Assembly: GCA_012295275.1 (NCBI GenBank)
Contig: CM022672.1
Location: 2,914,001 to 2,978,000, forward strand
DNA length: 64,000 bases
DNA from: Chrysomallon squamiferum
Lineage: Eukaryota > Animalia > Mollusca
Reading direction: 5' to 3'
Made by a program: the position numbers and the translations under genes. The notes under the pieces were generated by a model. The model saw only the letters and a list, made by a program, of their open reading frames with translations. It did no database searches and was not told the origin of the DNA. Below are positions 44,659 through 59,731 of this stretch, piece by piece (position 1 is the stretch's first letter; each line of letters starts with the position of its first letter).

Positions 44659-46020
44659 CATTTAGTAAAATTTCAACTTAATGTATTTCCTCATGAAAAC
44701 ATCCAGACAGGGCACAACTAACAGTTCTCATAATAAAGATCAACAATTCAGTTAAGAGTATCGAGTCATGGGTAAACTTCACTGGATCAGTTGCAGCCAA
44801 ACTTTCTTATCAAAAATCACTCATCTCTAAAAAGGAATATACGAGGCTGTAAAAGCAATTGAAATATACGGTTTACACGAGAACGTCAAGTATCCCAGAC
44901 AATCCAATAACTCAGTGAGAGATTTGATGCTTTTGGATATTAGACGTTGGCTATTACGGATGGTCTGAAACAATAATATCACGCAGAATGTGTCACATGT
45001 ATCGTTTGCAGAAAAAAACGATTAGTTGAAAATGGAAAAAGGTGCGGCTTTAAGCTGACCTAAAACGTATTAAGATAAAAAAATATATATATATGTTTAA
45101 CAAATTGCTGCACGTGTATGGTTGAATCAATGGAAGAAAGAAGTAAAATAATATTTTTGTTGTCGACACGTTTGTTGTGTCATACATTTGGTTAGAAACT
45201 ACACAGGAAATATATAATGATAACTTTTTGTCGATTAGAAAAAATATATATTTTATATTTATCATTATCATGTTTTTATCATCGTTGTCATCATCATTGT
45301 CATTGTCATTATTATTATTTTTATTATTATTATTATTAGCAGTAGTAGTAGTTGTTGTTGTGGTGGTGGTGGTAGTGGTAATACTGAATGTAGAGAAAGC
45401 AGCAGACGTAGTGGAAGGTAGCCGCTTTTTTGTTGTTGTATTAGTGTAGTAACAGTAGTAGTAATGTTAGGAGGAAGAGTAGTAGTAGTAGTAGTAGTAG
45501 TAGTAGCAGCATCAGCTGCAGTAGCATTAGAAGTAGTAGTATTGGTAATACAAGAAGAGAACGCAGAAGGAATTTTAGGAGTAGAAGCAACAGCAAAAGT
45601 AATATTAGTAATAGTAGTAAATAGTGGCAGTTTTGGTAATTTGTAATAATACTAGTTTTATTAAGTAGTACTAATAGTAGTTGAAATAGTAACTGTTGTT
45701 GTTGTTGTAGTTGTAGAAGCAACACCGGAACTGTAACACTAAGTGAAGAACATTATGTCAGCGTATATCGCTGATTTTCCTTGCAGTTTGAACTTCATTT
45801 CATACTGGAATAATTCCGAGTAGCAATCAAGACTAAATTTATCTCTGCAATCTAATATACTCCAGAAAGTAGTTCGTTTCTTTTTGATATTTTATTTTCT
45901 AATAGTTCCTTACCTTAATAAAAAAAATAAAAACACATTAAGACTATATATTGTCTCAGAATTAATTTCTCAGTACTGTAGACGCAGTGAATGAATTTCT
46001 TTGTCGTGCAGTTATTAGAT

Positions 46021-46092
46021 AGGTCAGTTATTATTTGTTGATTAAGGTCAGTTATTATTTGTTGATTACGGTCAGTTATTATTTGTTAATTA
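46021..46092. repeat. Tandem repeat, 3 x 24 bp
   Basis: Unit AGGTCAGTTATTATTTGTTGATTA; the third copy has two substitutions. Confidence 0.92.
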
Positions 46093-46258
46093 CTCTAATG
46101 GTTGTCATCTGTGGCCATTGTTATTTGGTTGAGATGTATTTGATGGAGAAGTACGGTTCATGATGCTGGTTTTGTTTTCGTTGCTGTTAACTGCCAGTGT
46201 CATTTGTTTCTTGTTTCGATTGAACGTGTTTGTCTTTACACTGTGTTGCTTATGTTGT

Positions 46259-46295
<37 letters not shown>

Positions 46296-49004
46296 CCCTC
46301 ATCTTCTTATGCTATTATTGTTATTACAATTATTTCATTAATTTACAGCTTACTTTAAAAAGAATGTAAAACGTTTCTATGACGACTAAAATATACTAAC
46401 CGACATTTTTTTTTTTTTTTAATAAAAAAAAAACAAATTAAACACAGCATGAACCTCTTGAATATTTCATCCATCAATAAACTCAGTCACAATAGCTGAA
46501 TAACGTGTTTTCTTTATTTCATTTTATTTTACTTTATTTAATACATTTTTTTTTCTATCTTCTGAAAAGAACAGTAATTCCGTAGACAAGATATATCCAT
46601 TTACGTTCAATGGATTCCTGTTGGAATGTTAGAACTAAATCCAATGTGGTTTGTTTGTTTTTTTAACCGTTTAATTAATATTAATTATGTTACATCAGTG
46701 ATTTGATCGCCAAGAGCTTTGCACAACTTTGTGTCAAAATCAATTGTAAATTGCGTGCTCAAATGAAACTCCTGAAAATAGTTCGATAATAAACGTTTTT
46801 AGAAATTAAGATTAATGTGCTTTGTTGAAGTGCCCTGGAGCCTGTAATTATCCTATTTAATTCACAGCCAGCTGCGGAATTAGCAACTTGTTTGTTTGCC
46901 AAAAGGATCGTTTGTGGTTTTAGCTCAGGGTCAGAATTAAATATGTAATAGGGGATGTTTTCCACAAGTGAAACGTTGGTTTAAGAACACAACGAAAGAC
47001 GTGTCTAATCGCCAACAGATGGCTGACTAAAGTATGTTATGTGATACAGTTTAGACTGTTTCTTGGAGGTCAGTAAAAAGAGAAACAACCAGTTTGTAAT
47101 TATACGTGTCTTTGCTTCCAGTAGTTAGAAATACCTTTTCTCTACAAATGTATTTGATTGTTATTTTATATCCTGCAGCAACACCTTTGTGTTGATGCTA
47201 ATTCATTACAAAACACAGAACCCGCGCGCAGGTTAGTAATATATACATACAACCACACACACACATACAGACACACACACACACACACACTCACACAAAC
47301 ACATACAGACACACACACACACACACAGTCACATAAGAAACAACGCACAGATGCACATTTGTATTCGTTCAAAAGTGTACACGTCCTTCATTTTTAAAAA
47401 TACCGGAATCTAATCGAGTGCAGCTGTCCTAGTGGACGTTGCATTCTGAGGACAAATTAAAATTTTCAATTTAAATCATCATGGGGAATTCAGCCTCATT
47501 GCACGGCGAACTGCAAAGAAGCATTTCCTACAGTTTTGTCCATCGGAAATTAAAATGCTTGATCATGCCGAGCGTGCTGTTAGTTTCTTAACATTTGCCA
47601 AAATGTTAATTACACGATTCTTGCGTTAAAAAAATAAAAAATAATTAAAATAATAAAATAAAATAAAAAATGGCATGTATCAGTTCGTTTAAACTGCGCC
47701 CAGTTCTGCATGACGTTCATCTTCCGACAGCTGCCCAAAGGGGAGAAAGAAGAAAGAAGAAGACGCGGAGAATAATAAATGACGATCCCACGTTTCGATG
47801 TATCTCTGTCCCGAAGCCGAGTTTGTCTAAATTAGTGATGACGGCCCGAGAGACACGCACAGCTGATAACATGCGTCAGACACTCAGCCCACTTAAAACA
47901 ACAAGTTCACAATTAGAGCTTTTTGCCCACACGCGATTCTCTATAATCAAAAATAAACTTTATAATTGTATCTTGACGGTTTGTTCGCCTCTTTATTCTC
48001 AGTGCTCAACATTAGTTTTGAGGTGAAAATCCACTGAATAGTTTTGTGTTGCCCACTCGTGAAAGTCTGTTAAAAAAATAATAATAATAATAATAATCAG
48101 TTTGTGTTGACTGATTTTTGTATATTTATTTTCAGTAATTATTGTTTCTTCCGAGACTGGCGTCCACTGAAAGATATCAAATAGTTCGAGATACACCACA
48201 GATATCTTGTTTCCTTGTTTTCTTTTCTTTTCTCTTTGCCTGTCCCCGGGTTTCTTTATTTCTATTTCTCATTTTTCACTTAATGATAAAGACTTGGTAT
48301 TTTCTTCATAGAAAGACTGCTATGCCACATATTTCGTTATTTGTCTTTCTTCATTCATTATTTAGAAAGAAAAAAACCAAAAACCAAAAAGAAAGCAAAG
48401 AAACAATAAATTAAGTCAGTTTTAAGACATTTGATATTATTCTTATATAGCAATCAATAATGTTGCTAAGGGACCGTCTATGACGTCACAGTATTTGACA
48501 CTGAATAGAATATTGTTTGTCTGTGTGTATGCAGACGTTTGTATTTTTTTTATAGGTATGGGTGCATGCGTACGTGTAATTTGTGTGTGTGTGTGTGTGT
48601 ATGTATGTATATATGTATGTATGTATGTATACATTTACATCATTGTGTATATGTTGGTACATGTGTTTTTGTATATACGTTTGCATATCTCTGTGCACAT
48701 ATCTGTGTGTGCATGTATTCAAATCAGTAAATAGTTATCTTTGCATGAACGTGTTTGTATGTGCATGCATATGTATGTGTGTTTGTATGCGTATGTGTAC
48801 GTGTATATGTTTGTATGTGTGTGTTTATGTGTTCGTCAGGCTTTCGTGCCGATCATAATAACGATGAACAACAAGAACAAGTGTAATATTATAAGGAAAG
48901 TCAATATCCTCTCTAGAACATCTCTGCATTTTATTATTATTATTTTTATTATTATTAATTCTTTTTATAAAACTCGTCTAGTACTGCCAACATTAACAAA
49001 AATT

Positions 49005-49007
<3 letters not shown>

Positions 49008-49091
<84 letters not shown>

Positions 49092-49170
49092 GTCTCTGTC
49101 TTAGTCTGTCTCTCTGTCTCTGTCTTAGTCTGTCTCTCTGTCTCTGTCTGTCTGTCTGTCTCTGTCTGTC

Positions 49171-49207
<37 letters not shown>

Positions 49208-49212
49208 GTCTC

Positions 49213-49290
<78 letters not shown>
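49008..49290. repeat. Compound (CT)n/(CTGT)n microsatellite
   Basis: Direct inspection. Confidence 0.95.
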
Positions 49291-49297
<7 letters not shown>

Positions 49298-50702
49298 CTC
49301 GTATCTGGAACATTCTAGATCGGAAACGACTAACGAAAATCATAACGTGCGATGAAAAGCCGACACAGTTTTCAAACAAAATTACTGGTTGCCAGACATC
49401 GCTAAAAGTGTTTAGCGTGCAGAAAAGTCTGACCACAGAAAATAATCCGCTGGAATTACACGTCGAGACACGGAATCGTTTACTGCGTGTGCGATGCCTT
49501 CCATTACTTGATTCTGTGTAATTTATCAAACGTTAAACGTGTGATGACAGCATGCGTAGAAATATCTAATACACGCTCAAAGAGTGAACATCAGAAAAAA
49601 GATGTGTGACAGTAATCGTGTTATTGATTGAAGTATACGTATCTGCATGTAGGTGAACGTATGCGAATGCGTATGTAATGGACATACATACACACATGGA
49701 TACATACATGCATGCATGCACCCACGCACGAACACACACACACACTATATTAGTCATAAAATATATCAAAATTTTATACACTGAAATTATTGGATAAGAA
49801 TACAGTATTAAAATTTTGTCAAAGACAATTGTTATTTTTCGCATCAGATAAAACAATGACTCGCGTAAACAAAACTTCTGAATTTGCCACTGAATTCTAT
49901 CCAAGAGAGAAAATTATAACTTATACTACATCTTTAATATAATACCCAATCGAATGATAAAAAAAAACAAACACAAAAAACCAAACACTATAATGCTTTA
50001 CAAAACCATAGGAAAAAATAAACCCCACCAATGGGCAGATTGGTTTATGACGAGCATAGAACCCATTATCCTTCGTACATAAAACCAGTGCATCACTTTT
50101 GCTAAGACACTACATTCTTTCAAGACTGTTGTTCACATTCCTAATGGCATCCACAAGGAAAAGTGAATTAGAAAGAACCTACTCGACTGTTCGCTCGTTT
50201 GAATACTCTTGTACGTGAACCGCTGATTGGTTATCGATCTGATTCAATGAAGCAGGATTCATTTCGAAGAACCTTTTATCGTATTTCGAAAACGGCTGAT
50301 CGCAAAAACCGTCCACAAACCATTTGAGTCGTGACCGAAGACAATGACGTGAGACCGAGCAGCTTTGTAAGAAGAAAAGTAAAACAGCTTCCGTTGTAGC
50401 AAGCAACTCTAGAAACGTTGAGGTGTTTTGTGAGAGTCTGTGGATGAACACTGCGCTGGCTCATAGCAAACACTTCAGCCGTACCTTCCACATGTCAAGT
50501 GTTTATGTTGTATTACTCTGCCTTTACTCGAAGTCATTTTATTGTTAGTTCCAAAACCACAAAGACATTTGTTATGTTTATCTTTGATCAGTGAGATTTC
50601 TGGGTTCTCAGCCCAAAGAATTTTGACTTCAGACGCTGGTTGGGTCTTATGTACCTCTTCCCTCTAGATACCATGCAGACATATGATTTTTATATAAACA
50701 TT

Positions 50703-50846
<144 letters not shown>

Positions 50847-51785
50847 CAGGGCCTAGTGGTGATAATTTCACGTTTACTAAACTCTGACATTGTATTAAGT
50901 TTTCTGAAGGAGTAAACGTTTCATGATTATTATTCAAAATTTTCCAGCCTGTCGTCGAACAATTTTATCGTAATGATATTACGCAATCAATTTCTAACAA
51001 TTTGGACTCGAAACGCGAAACACAAAATCGATCACTTCAAATAGTCTGATAGAACTTTCTGATTTCTCTTTCGTAATTATTTTGTAATAAAAGGTAAAAA
51101 AAATAAAATCAATCTAATCGTTTTCTCTCTTTCCTTTTCAGTAATGACAACTTAAGAGTTAATTTATATATTAGATTCTGAACAAAAAGCAAATACTATC
51201 TGCAACTAAACAGAAAGTAGTCGACAAGGGAATACATATTCATTCATATAATTTATTTTATTTGCTGCGTGGTAAAGATAAGGCAATTCGAAAAATCATT
51301 TATTAAACAATGGCTCCAAAGTGAGAGAAATCTTCACGTTATTTTTAGCATTTTCATTGACATTTGCACTGTTCTTTGATACTACAGAGAATCCTAAGTC
51401 CGTGACAAACACCATTTAACACAATCAGTTACCAATTCAGGCGAATGTACGCGTTGACTTAATACATTTGAATATTAATGTAATCCCAGTACAAGATCTT
51501 TCTATTCCAGGATTACAGAAAATGTTAGCGACGAAGTAAACATTGAATGATTTTGATGACGAGAATGAAAAAATAATTATTGCTTTTAAATCTCAATTAC
51601 CGTTATGTTATTAAAACATCTGCAAATTACCTAATCATCTGTACGTTTTCTTTAGTTTATACGATCATCTTTGAAGATTAGGCAAGATGTCTACCAGTTT
51701 TTGCTGTTGTTTGTTTTTCATTTTCTGATTTATTTGTTTAGGTTATTATGATGATTGTTATATTTTATTATTATTAGTAGTAGTA

Positions 51786-51886
<101 letters not shown>

Positions 51887-54800
51887 ATATTAATAACAAT
51901 AACCATAACAGTACTAATGGCAGCAGTTATCAATATTGTAATAATCATTGTTTAATTATTAATCATTTATTTATTTGTTTCTTTGTTAAACACTTATTTA
52001 TTTGTTAAATATTTATAACGAGGAAGATAAATATAAGATCAGGAACAAAAACATATCCTCCCAACAGTCGAGCATTTCTGTTCTACAAGACACAGAAGAA
52101 TGTTTTGATCGAGATGACACGCAATTCCTCAACTGCCAGGAAACTCAAAGACGAACTGAGGCAGTACAAACGATCACTTGTCAGAGAACATTACTCAACG
52201 TCAAACTTCTAGTCACCGCTGTTATAAATTAACCTTCGCTGTCTTCTTTTTTATTTTATTTATTTTTTCTTCTTCTTCTTTTTTATTTATTTTTAATTTT
52301 TTCTTCTTCTTCTTCTTCTTTATTTCTCAGTTGTTGATTTTTTTTTTTTATTATGTATTATTTTTATTATTTATTTTTATTTATTTTTAATTTTTAATTT
52401 AGTTACTTTTTTTATTTGTAAAAAGATAAGAAAAATATTTTGTGAAATAACTACAATAGTACAAGAATTGACATTATTTGTTTAGCTTGATTAGATCTGC
52501 ACAGAACTGCAGTGAAAATTTAAATAATGGGGGGAAAAGGAAGGTGAACAACATCTGCTATATTTTTTAAAGGTTTTTAAGGATTAATAATGGTTTCGTT
52601 TGACAGTGTAGAAGTTTAACTCGCATTCTTTTCTAGCTTTCTCTCTCGCTCTCTTTCGCTCTCTCTCTCTCTCCCTACATACATATATATATAAATTAAG
52701 ACTTTTATAATAATTACAATCTAGCATACATGAGTAGATAATTTATAAAACTGTAGTTTCATATGTGAACGAAAACGCACTTTTGCCAAACTTTATTATT
52801 AGAAAAGTCTGGTGTTCTGTTAAGAAATAAAAAACAAAATTCAGAAAATATATAATTTTTTTTTAGTATTATGCTCAAAGGAATTAAACAGATCAAGCTC
52901 TGTAATGCTCTACTACTTCTGATACATATTTGTCAAGAAGAAAATGAAAACACGTGATAATTACAAATTTTATCATGAATTATGCATACAGTCATTATTT
53001 TCTAACACCGAAAGCAGTCTAATTATTATAGGAACATGAGAGGATTGTATGTTAGTATAAACACAGGCTACACGTACTGTACGGAGTTTATTTGTGTGGA
53101 AAACATTCAGTACAAACATTCACCACATAACAATTAAGCCAGAGTGAAGCTTTAGGCGAAAAGAAAAAGTAGGAGTTTTTTTTATAGAGATTTCGTGAAT
53201 TCGGATAATGGATTTATTTTATTTTTATTATTATAATTTTTTTTTTTTTTTTTTTTTTTTAAATATTTCTATTTTATGGATTTTTATTTGTAAATGGTTA
53301 GTTCATTCTTTGTATTATTATTATTATCTTGATCATTATCATCATCTGCATTATTACTGTTGTTGGTGTTATTATTTTACATGTAAAAGGATATTTACAC
53401 ATGGATTCATTCAAAAGATACAAGAAAAAAAATATTCACAAAAAGAAAAAGATTCTCGAAGAAATTATTCTCGTCTTGTTATAAAATAATATATGATAAA
53501 CCGTAAGAAACAATTATTTCAAAATGATCTGATAAGTGATGTGATTAGATAACACAAGACATGACATGATATACGATAACTGATACGATATACGAAATAA
53601 TATACGAGAAATACTATACGAAGTGATATGACTGTTGATGTAATGTGACAGGGCAAGTGAACAGAATACAAGATAACAGATGGACTTTGCGTGTCACCAC
53701 TTGAAACTACACGAAGAAAAACCAACCTGAGAATGATCAGCGAAGAAAGATGAATTAGAGGAGTACTGGGAAGGAACCATCTGCCAGAGTATAGCACAAG
53801 ACAGGAAGATATGAACACAACTACGGGTGATGATGATGATGATGATGATGATGATGTAGATGATGATAATGATAATAATGATGATGTAAACTATGATGTA
53901 AGATATAATGTGTTATTATAATTTTATTTTATTAATATAAAATAAAATACGTACAAAAATGAGACAAAAAGAGTATGCCACTGGTTTATACCCGGTACAT
54001 TAAAGTCACCTATCAATTTCTTTTGCTTCTTTCCAAAAATATTTCAGCAACTAATACATCAGACGTCAGTTTTTCGTCGTTTTGGGGGATTTGTTTTCTA
54101 ATCAGCGGTGGAAATTATATTCCGATGTACCACTGGGAGGGATACAAGTTTGTACCAGACCATTACGTCAGTAATGAATAATTTAACGAGTAGCTCGAAG
54201 GGGGTAGACGGAGATTTCAGCTGCTTTTTTTCAGCTCTGTTTAATAAATCCGGTTTCTTGACGCTTGCCTGTGAAGCGATATCGAGTCGGATATCCACGT
54301 GACAGATACTCTCTGCGTTGTAGATACGATCTGTTCCATACCACCTTGCCTTGTATGTGTGCATGTATGTCTTTCAACAAGAGATTTTATAATTACATTT
54401 AAAGAGATGTTAATTTTCTCCTTGCGAGCCGTCACTGAAAACATCTTGTGAAGTATGGGCAGTTAGAGAGACAACTGGAATCATAATATCTGTGGTATTA
54501 AATTTGTTCCAGGAAAAACACCAAAAACGTTTTAATGCGCAATTATTATTTAAGTCTCGATCGTTAGACATTGTTGAAAATATATAGTGAAAGAAAAATA
54601 ATAATATTTGTAGTGTACACTGGTTCCAGAAAAAAACAGACATTTTAGTGCACAGTTATTACTGAAATTTAGATATTGTTACTCTACTATATGTACATTC
54701 AAATATCGATATTGATAACGTTTTTATTCACATATTTTCAGCTCTAATTAGCTCTGTTTAAAACAAGCTGTCTTACAGTGTACAGTGGCTGGCTTGAAAC

Positions 54801-54958
54801 CATGGATTATAAATGTTCAAAGTCTGAATAAAAAGTTTGCTATTTTACAGTATACAAACGATTTTTATTAAAATCTCAACATTTTTAGTGCATCTGGACT
54901 CTTTTACTACACGACCTCGTTATAAGAAGACGATTCAGGAACTACAAGCGATTTAGCA

Positions 54959-55114
54959 TTTCTCATCCTGCGTCAAACAACCAGCTACTCTGAGCTCTAA
55001 GTTCCCAGCTTTTCTCATCCTGCGTCAAACAACCAGCTACTCTGAGCTCTAAGTTCCCAGCTTTTCTCATCCTGCGTCAAACAACCAGCTACTCTGAGCT
55101 CTAAGTTCCCAGCT
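54959..55114. repeat. Perfect tandem repeat, 3 x 52 bp
   Basis: Unit TTTCTCATCCTGCGTCAAACAACCAGCTACTCTGAGCTCTAAGTTCCCAGCT starts at 54959, 55011 and 55063. Confidence 0.97.
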
Positions 55115-56089
55115 GAAGCCAGTCCCTTGCTGTAAGTTTTATTACAACACCTGACTAACATAATACACCCAAGTATTAACCTACAGAATAAAAAAAAAAA
55201 AAACTACAACATAAAACTGTTATCCTGCCAAGCGAAACGATAAGCCAATAAATACATCGGCAAAGCTTCCGAATAATATTCTTATACGAAATCCTGTTGA
55301 GCCGGTAATGGGATCAAACTATTGTTGAACAAAACGTTAGCCTTGTTTTCTTCCCAGTGGGTTCTAACGATTTCTATTAACTTTGTAATTACTTTAGTTC
55401 AGTGGCAGAGTGCAGTTCAGTTATATACGATGGAACAAATATTCACGAATCCTTTGGACTACACCTTTTTGCTCCAGCTACTAGTTAAATAATATACGAT
55501 GGCTCTTAGGATGAAATTCTCGTTATTCCAGCCATTAACTCGCGAGTTTTTCCTTTTAAAATATACAAGTGATACTGTTGGGAATTTTTTTTTCTGTTAA
55601 TGGGAAGATGCGTTTCGAAAATCGTTTCTTGCTAATTAGTTAGTGTAGCCCATACAAAAAAAGAAGCTAATTATAATATTTTTACTTATAAGAAATTTTT
55701 AACGTAAATATAACTAAGAATATTGAACAAGCAGCATTTGTTATATTTGTAAGTCAAAATCTCCACTGTAATCTCTTGCCCAGAATTACAGATATCTGTC
55801 TGTAATTAAAATGCGCCCGGAAGAATTACAAAAAGTATTAGCAGTGTGAACAGTAAGTAGGTCGCACTGTATTGATTAATTAGAAACATGTACGCTTATT
55901 ATTGCCTCTTACGTAATAAATTATTTCACAAGTACAGATACGTTACAGTAATATTCCAGTCTACTTTACTCCCGTTATACACAACAGCCTGCGTAGTCTT
56001 GATACAGATACGTGATTATACAACATACATAAATAACTTATATAAAGAAAACTGAAACATCAACATAACCATACGCACGTTATAAAACA

Positions 56090-56340
56090 GTTAATTAACT
56101 AAGTATATTGAAGTTTAAAGTTAAAATTAAATAACTAATTAACAAAATATACTGAAGTTTAAAATTAAAATTAAATAGTTAATTAACAAATTGTATTAAA
56201 TTTTATAGTTAAAGTTAGATAATTAATAAACAAAATATATTGAAGTATAAAATTAAAATTAAAATAATTAATTAACAGATTATATATAAAAGATAAAATT
56301 AAATAATTAAACAACAAGGTATATTGAAGTTTAAAGTTAC
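56090..56340. repeat. Degenerate AT-rich minisatellite, unit about 44 bp, about 6 copies
   Basis: Recurring TATATTGAAGTTTAAAATTAAAATTAAATAATTAATTAAC variants. Confidence 0.8.
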
Positions 56341-56719
56341 GATTAAAGCTCATCATTCCAAGTACACAAAAGTGATGTCTTCATTTGGTCTAAAACCCAC
56401 ACCAGACAGGCAACGACTTAGGCTAACCCTGCAGACATCTTGAATTACACTACAGTACGACAGATGTCGCGTTAGTTGCGTGTTTCGTAAATTGGATTGT
56501 GTCAAGTGGTTCTTTATATAACGCATAGTCTGGAAATAAGTGGGTAAACCTACATAGCTGATTCGAGGGCAAATCAGAAATGAAACACACTTCTGAAGCG
56601 CCTCCATTACAAAACCGTAATCATAAGTGGCGTGCGCTTAACCAGTTTTACGAAATGATGGCAGAACAGCGTTTCGTGTCGATATTTCGTGAAACCAAGA
56701 ATGTAACAGTCTCAGTAGC

Positions 56720-57050
56720 CAATTCACGAAATGAAGATGTGGTTGAAAAACAGTTTTTTTTTTACGAAGTAAAGATATATCGGTGAAAAAAAGCGAGTTC
56801 GAAAAATGAAAAATATGCCTATGAAATGAGGCAGTGTACAAAATAAAGATGTGTCAGTGGAAAAGGCTAGTCTACGAAACAAAGATATGTTAGTAAAATA
56901 ATAAGAAAAAAAAGTCATGAAATAAAGAATGTCTCTGAAAAGTGCCAATAACGAATTAAAGATGTATTCGTCGAAAACAATTCTAATAATTTCAAGTAAA
57001 TATTTAAGATGTGTTTATGAAAAGAAATTGCCGAAATGAAACCACGTACA
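56720..57050. repeat. Highly degenerate minisatellite, unit about 37 bp
   Basis: Recurring (A)CGAAATAAAGATGTGT...GAAAA variants. Confidence 0.55.
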
Positions 57051-58773
57051 ACGGCAAGAATGTAACTGAACAACATAACGGTGACTATATATAAATGCAA
57101 GAATATACCCTCTTTAGAACGTAACTATCAAGAAGGTAAAAACATTCAAATCAAAGTCTTTTTCTTATAAAATGTCTGTAGACACTACCATATTCAGAGT
57201 AACTCTTCTCCATACCGTTTACTGGTTTATTCATTTTGATTAGAGCTTAATACTAATTATAATTTGAAACATATTATTGCTTTAGCTCTTATGACATTTA
57301 CTCAAAACGATTACGTCATCACTGATCATTCACAGGAGACGCAGTCTACGAGTATTTACATAACATCCGATCTGTAAAATCTGTACAATGCAAAGGTTAT
57401 TGAATTATGACGTTTATGGATGTTACGTCATGACGTAATAGTCATTGTCGGTGGATACTTGTCAGCTAATAATAATGAACTGTTTCAGCGTCTCATTAAA
57501 TCTGCCTTTTGTTAGTTACAAATATAATTGATGTAGCACGTAGTACAGTCTATCACATTTAACACCTATCAGTAATAGCGTCAAGTAATAATGTTCCACT
57601 GAAGCTAGAAAGTCTTAGATAATGTATTATTAGTTAATTAAAACTCATCACTGCTTGATTAATATAATAAAGCAACAGTAAATGAAACATTAAATATGTT
57701 GTCCAAAAGTTACTGGCAAGTTTATATGATTTTTAAAAAACAAAACAAATACTTAAAACATTTTTTCATAGAAAAGAACACAGACTAGCAAATATTAGAA
57801 AGTTAATCATCGAGATGGGGTAAGCGACATTTTGTTAGAAGCTGAAATAAATGTGACGTGAAAGCTGAAATGAGGTGATTAAATTCATCTTGGTTACTTT
57901 AATTCTTGAAATACTGAGCAGCAGATGGAACGGGAAATACCTCAGTGGGCACAGTTGAGTGAATCGATCTTAATAATATTCGTCCTTCAAACACAGTTTG
58001 CTGTGGTAGAAGAACTAAATCGCCTGACCTATCGCATCAGAGATGAAAACGTGTCCTACTCGTAGAACTGTTCACTTTCAGACTCACAGGATACCGTGTC
58101 TACGCCTCACATTGCTTCAACGTTTTCACCGGACCTGAATCTGTTCCACGGAAATGAGTGAAATTACAGACTGAAATGCTCTTCTGGCTATACAAAAATC
58201 TATAATGGAAGTTTAGACAAGCAGTCATTAGTCAGTTTTTAATGCAAATAATCTCAACGTTCGGGTTATGAAGACCTGTGTCGGCTGGTCCTGTTTGTCC
58301 TATTTTTATCATATTTCTTAAAATCAGTACGAAAAAAACAGAGGAAAGAATTAAAGTTCTCACTGACAAGCTGCGTAATAATGAGAAAACAAAAAAGAGT
58401 AACATTATGAGGTGGAATAGACATTTGAGTTTCCTTTTTTTTTTGCTTTGCTTTCTGGTTTTTAACATCACTGAATTTATGCAGTGACATCAGCGGCAGA
58501 AATAAAGCATACAGTTTTTTCAAGACGACCTCAAACAAAGATGGAATGATGTATGACCACGAATTCGTTCTTTTTTCTTTCTTTTTTTTTTTTCGTACCG
58601 TAATTATCTTGCAATTGACCTGCTTCTGGGTTTGAAAAAGTTGCATTGTGGTATAGAATTTCTTTGCTTCTCTTTCCTCCATATTTTTTTTTTCTTCTTC
58701 TTAATGAATTTTCACTGTATTGAATGGACCTTTGAATAAATATTCGTTTCTGTTTGTATATGGAGAATGTGTG

Positions 58774-58806
<33 letters not shown>

Positions 58807-59634
58807 TTTGTTTATGTGTTTGTATGATTAACTGCTTTTATGTGTTTGTACTGAACTGAATGATTAAATACATTTCTTTTGTCTTTTTTTTAAATCATCG
58901 AAGAATTGCAGGAGAATTTTTTTGTAAAAGCCAACGTTAAGGAACAATATATTTCTGAGAAAAACGACCACAGAAATATATTGTTTTCGAACTCAAATAG
59001 GTCAGTAATAAATCTTTCTTTTTTAACCATACATCAAAGAACCGTATATTTCTCACAGCTTTTGAACTGAAGAACCCTATAGTGTTACATAATGGATTGA
59101 AATCAACTGAAAACTTTATGTGTTTTGTTTAAAATACTGTAAGAACCAAATATTTTAGATGACATTTTCAAAGAACATTCTGTATTTGTAAAAGTGTAAT
59201 TCTCAAACAAGCATATATTTTTAAATGTTATAAAAATAATTAATGTTATCAGCTTAATTTTAGATTATAAAACATCCTGTATTGTAGATTATACTCATAA
59301 CAGACTTTTAAAAGAATATTCTACGTTTGTAGAAAGATCAATTTCAAAGAAGTACATATTTTTAAAAAGTATGTAATAAAAAAAATTCACTGTGTTCTTG
59401 AATAATACGTTCAGCTTGAATCCAGACAATACATCTTGTGTTAGATATCGCATTGGCATCGGATATGCATGATACATTAAACTGAATATGGTTATCGAAA
59501 GATATAAGTAGATTACAATACCATCTTAGAGTATAGCATGACAACATTAGACAAGTTATATATTTCATGTCTTATAAAGTATACACTTGAGAAATCTTCA
59601 CATCAGATATATTCCAGTTAAACTAAAACGCTCT

Positions 59635-59731
<97 letters not shown>

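Noticed and set aside
54959-55114. CRISPR-like array
   Set aside because: Head-to-tail identical units without spacers, in a eukaryotic context.
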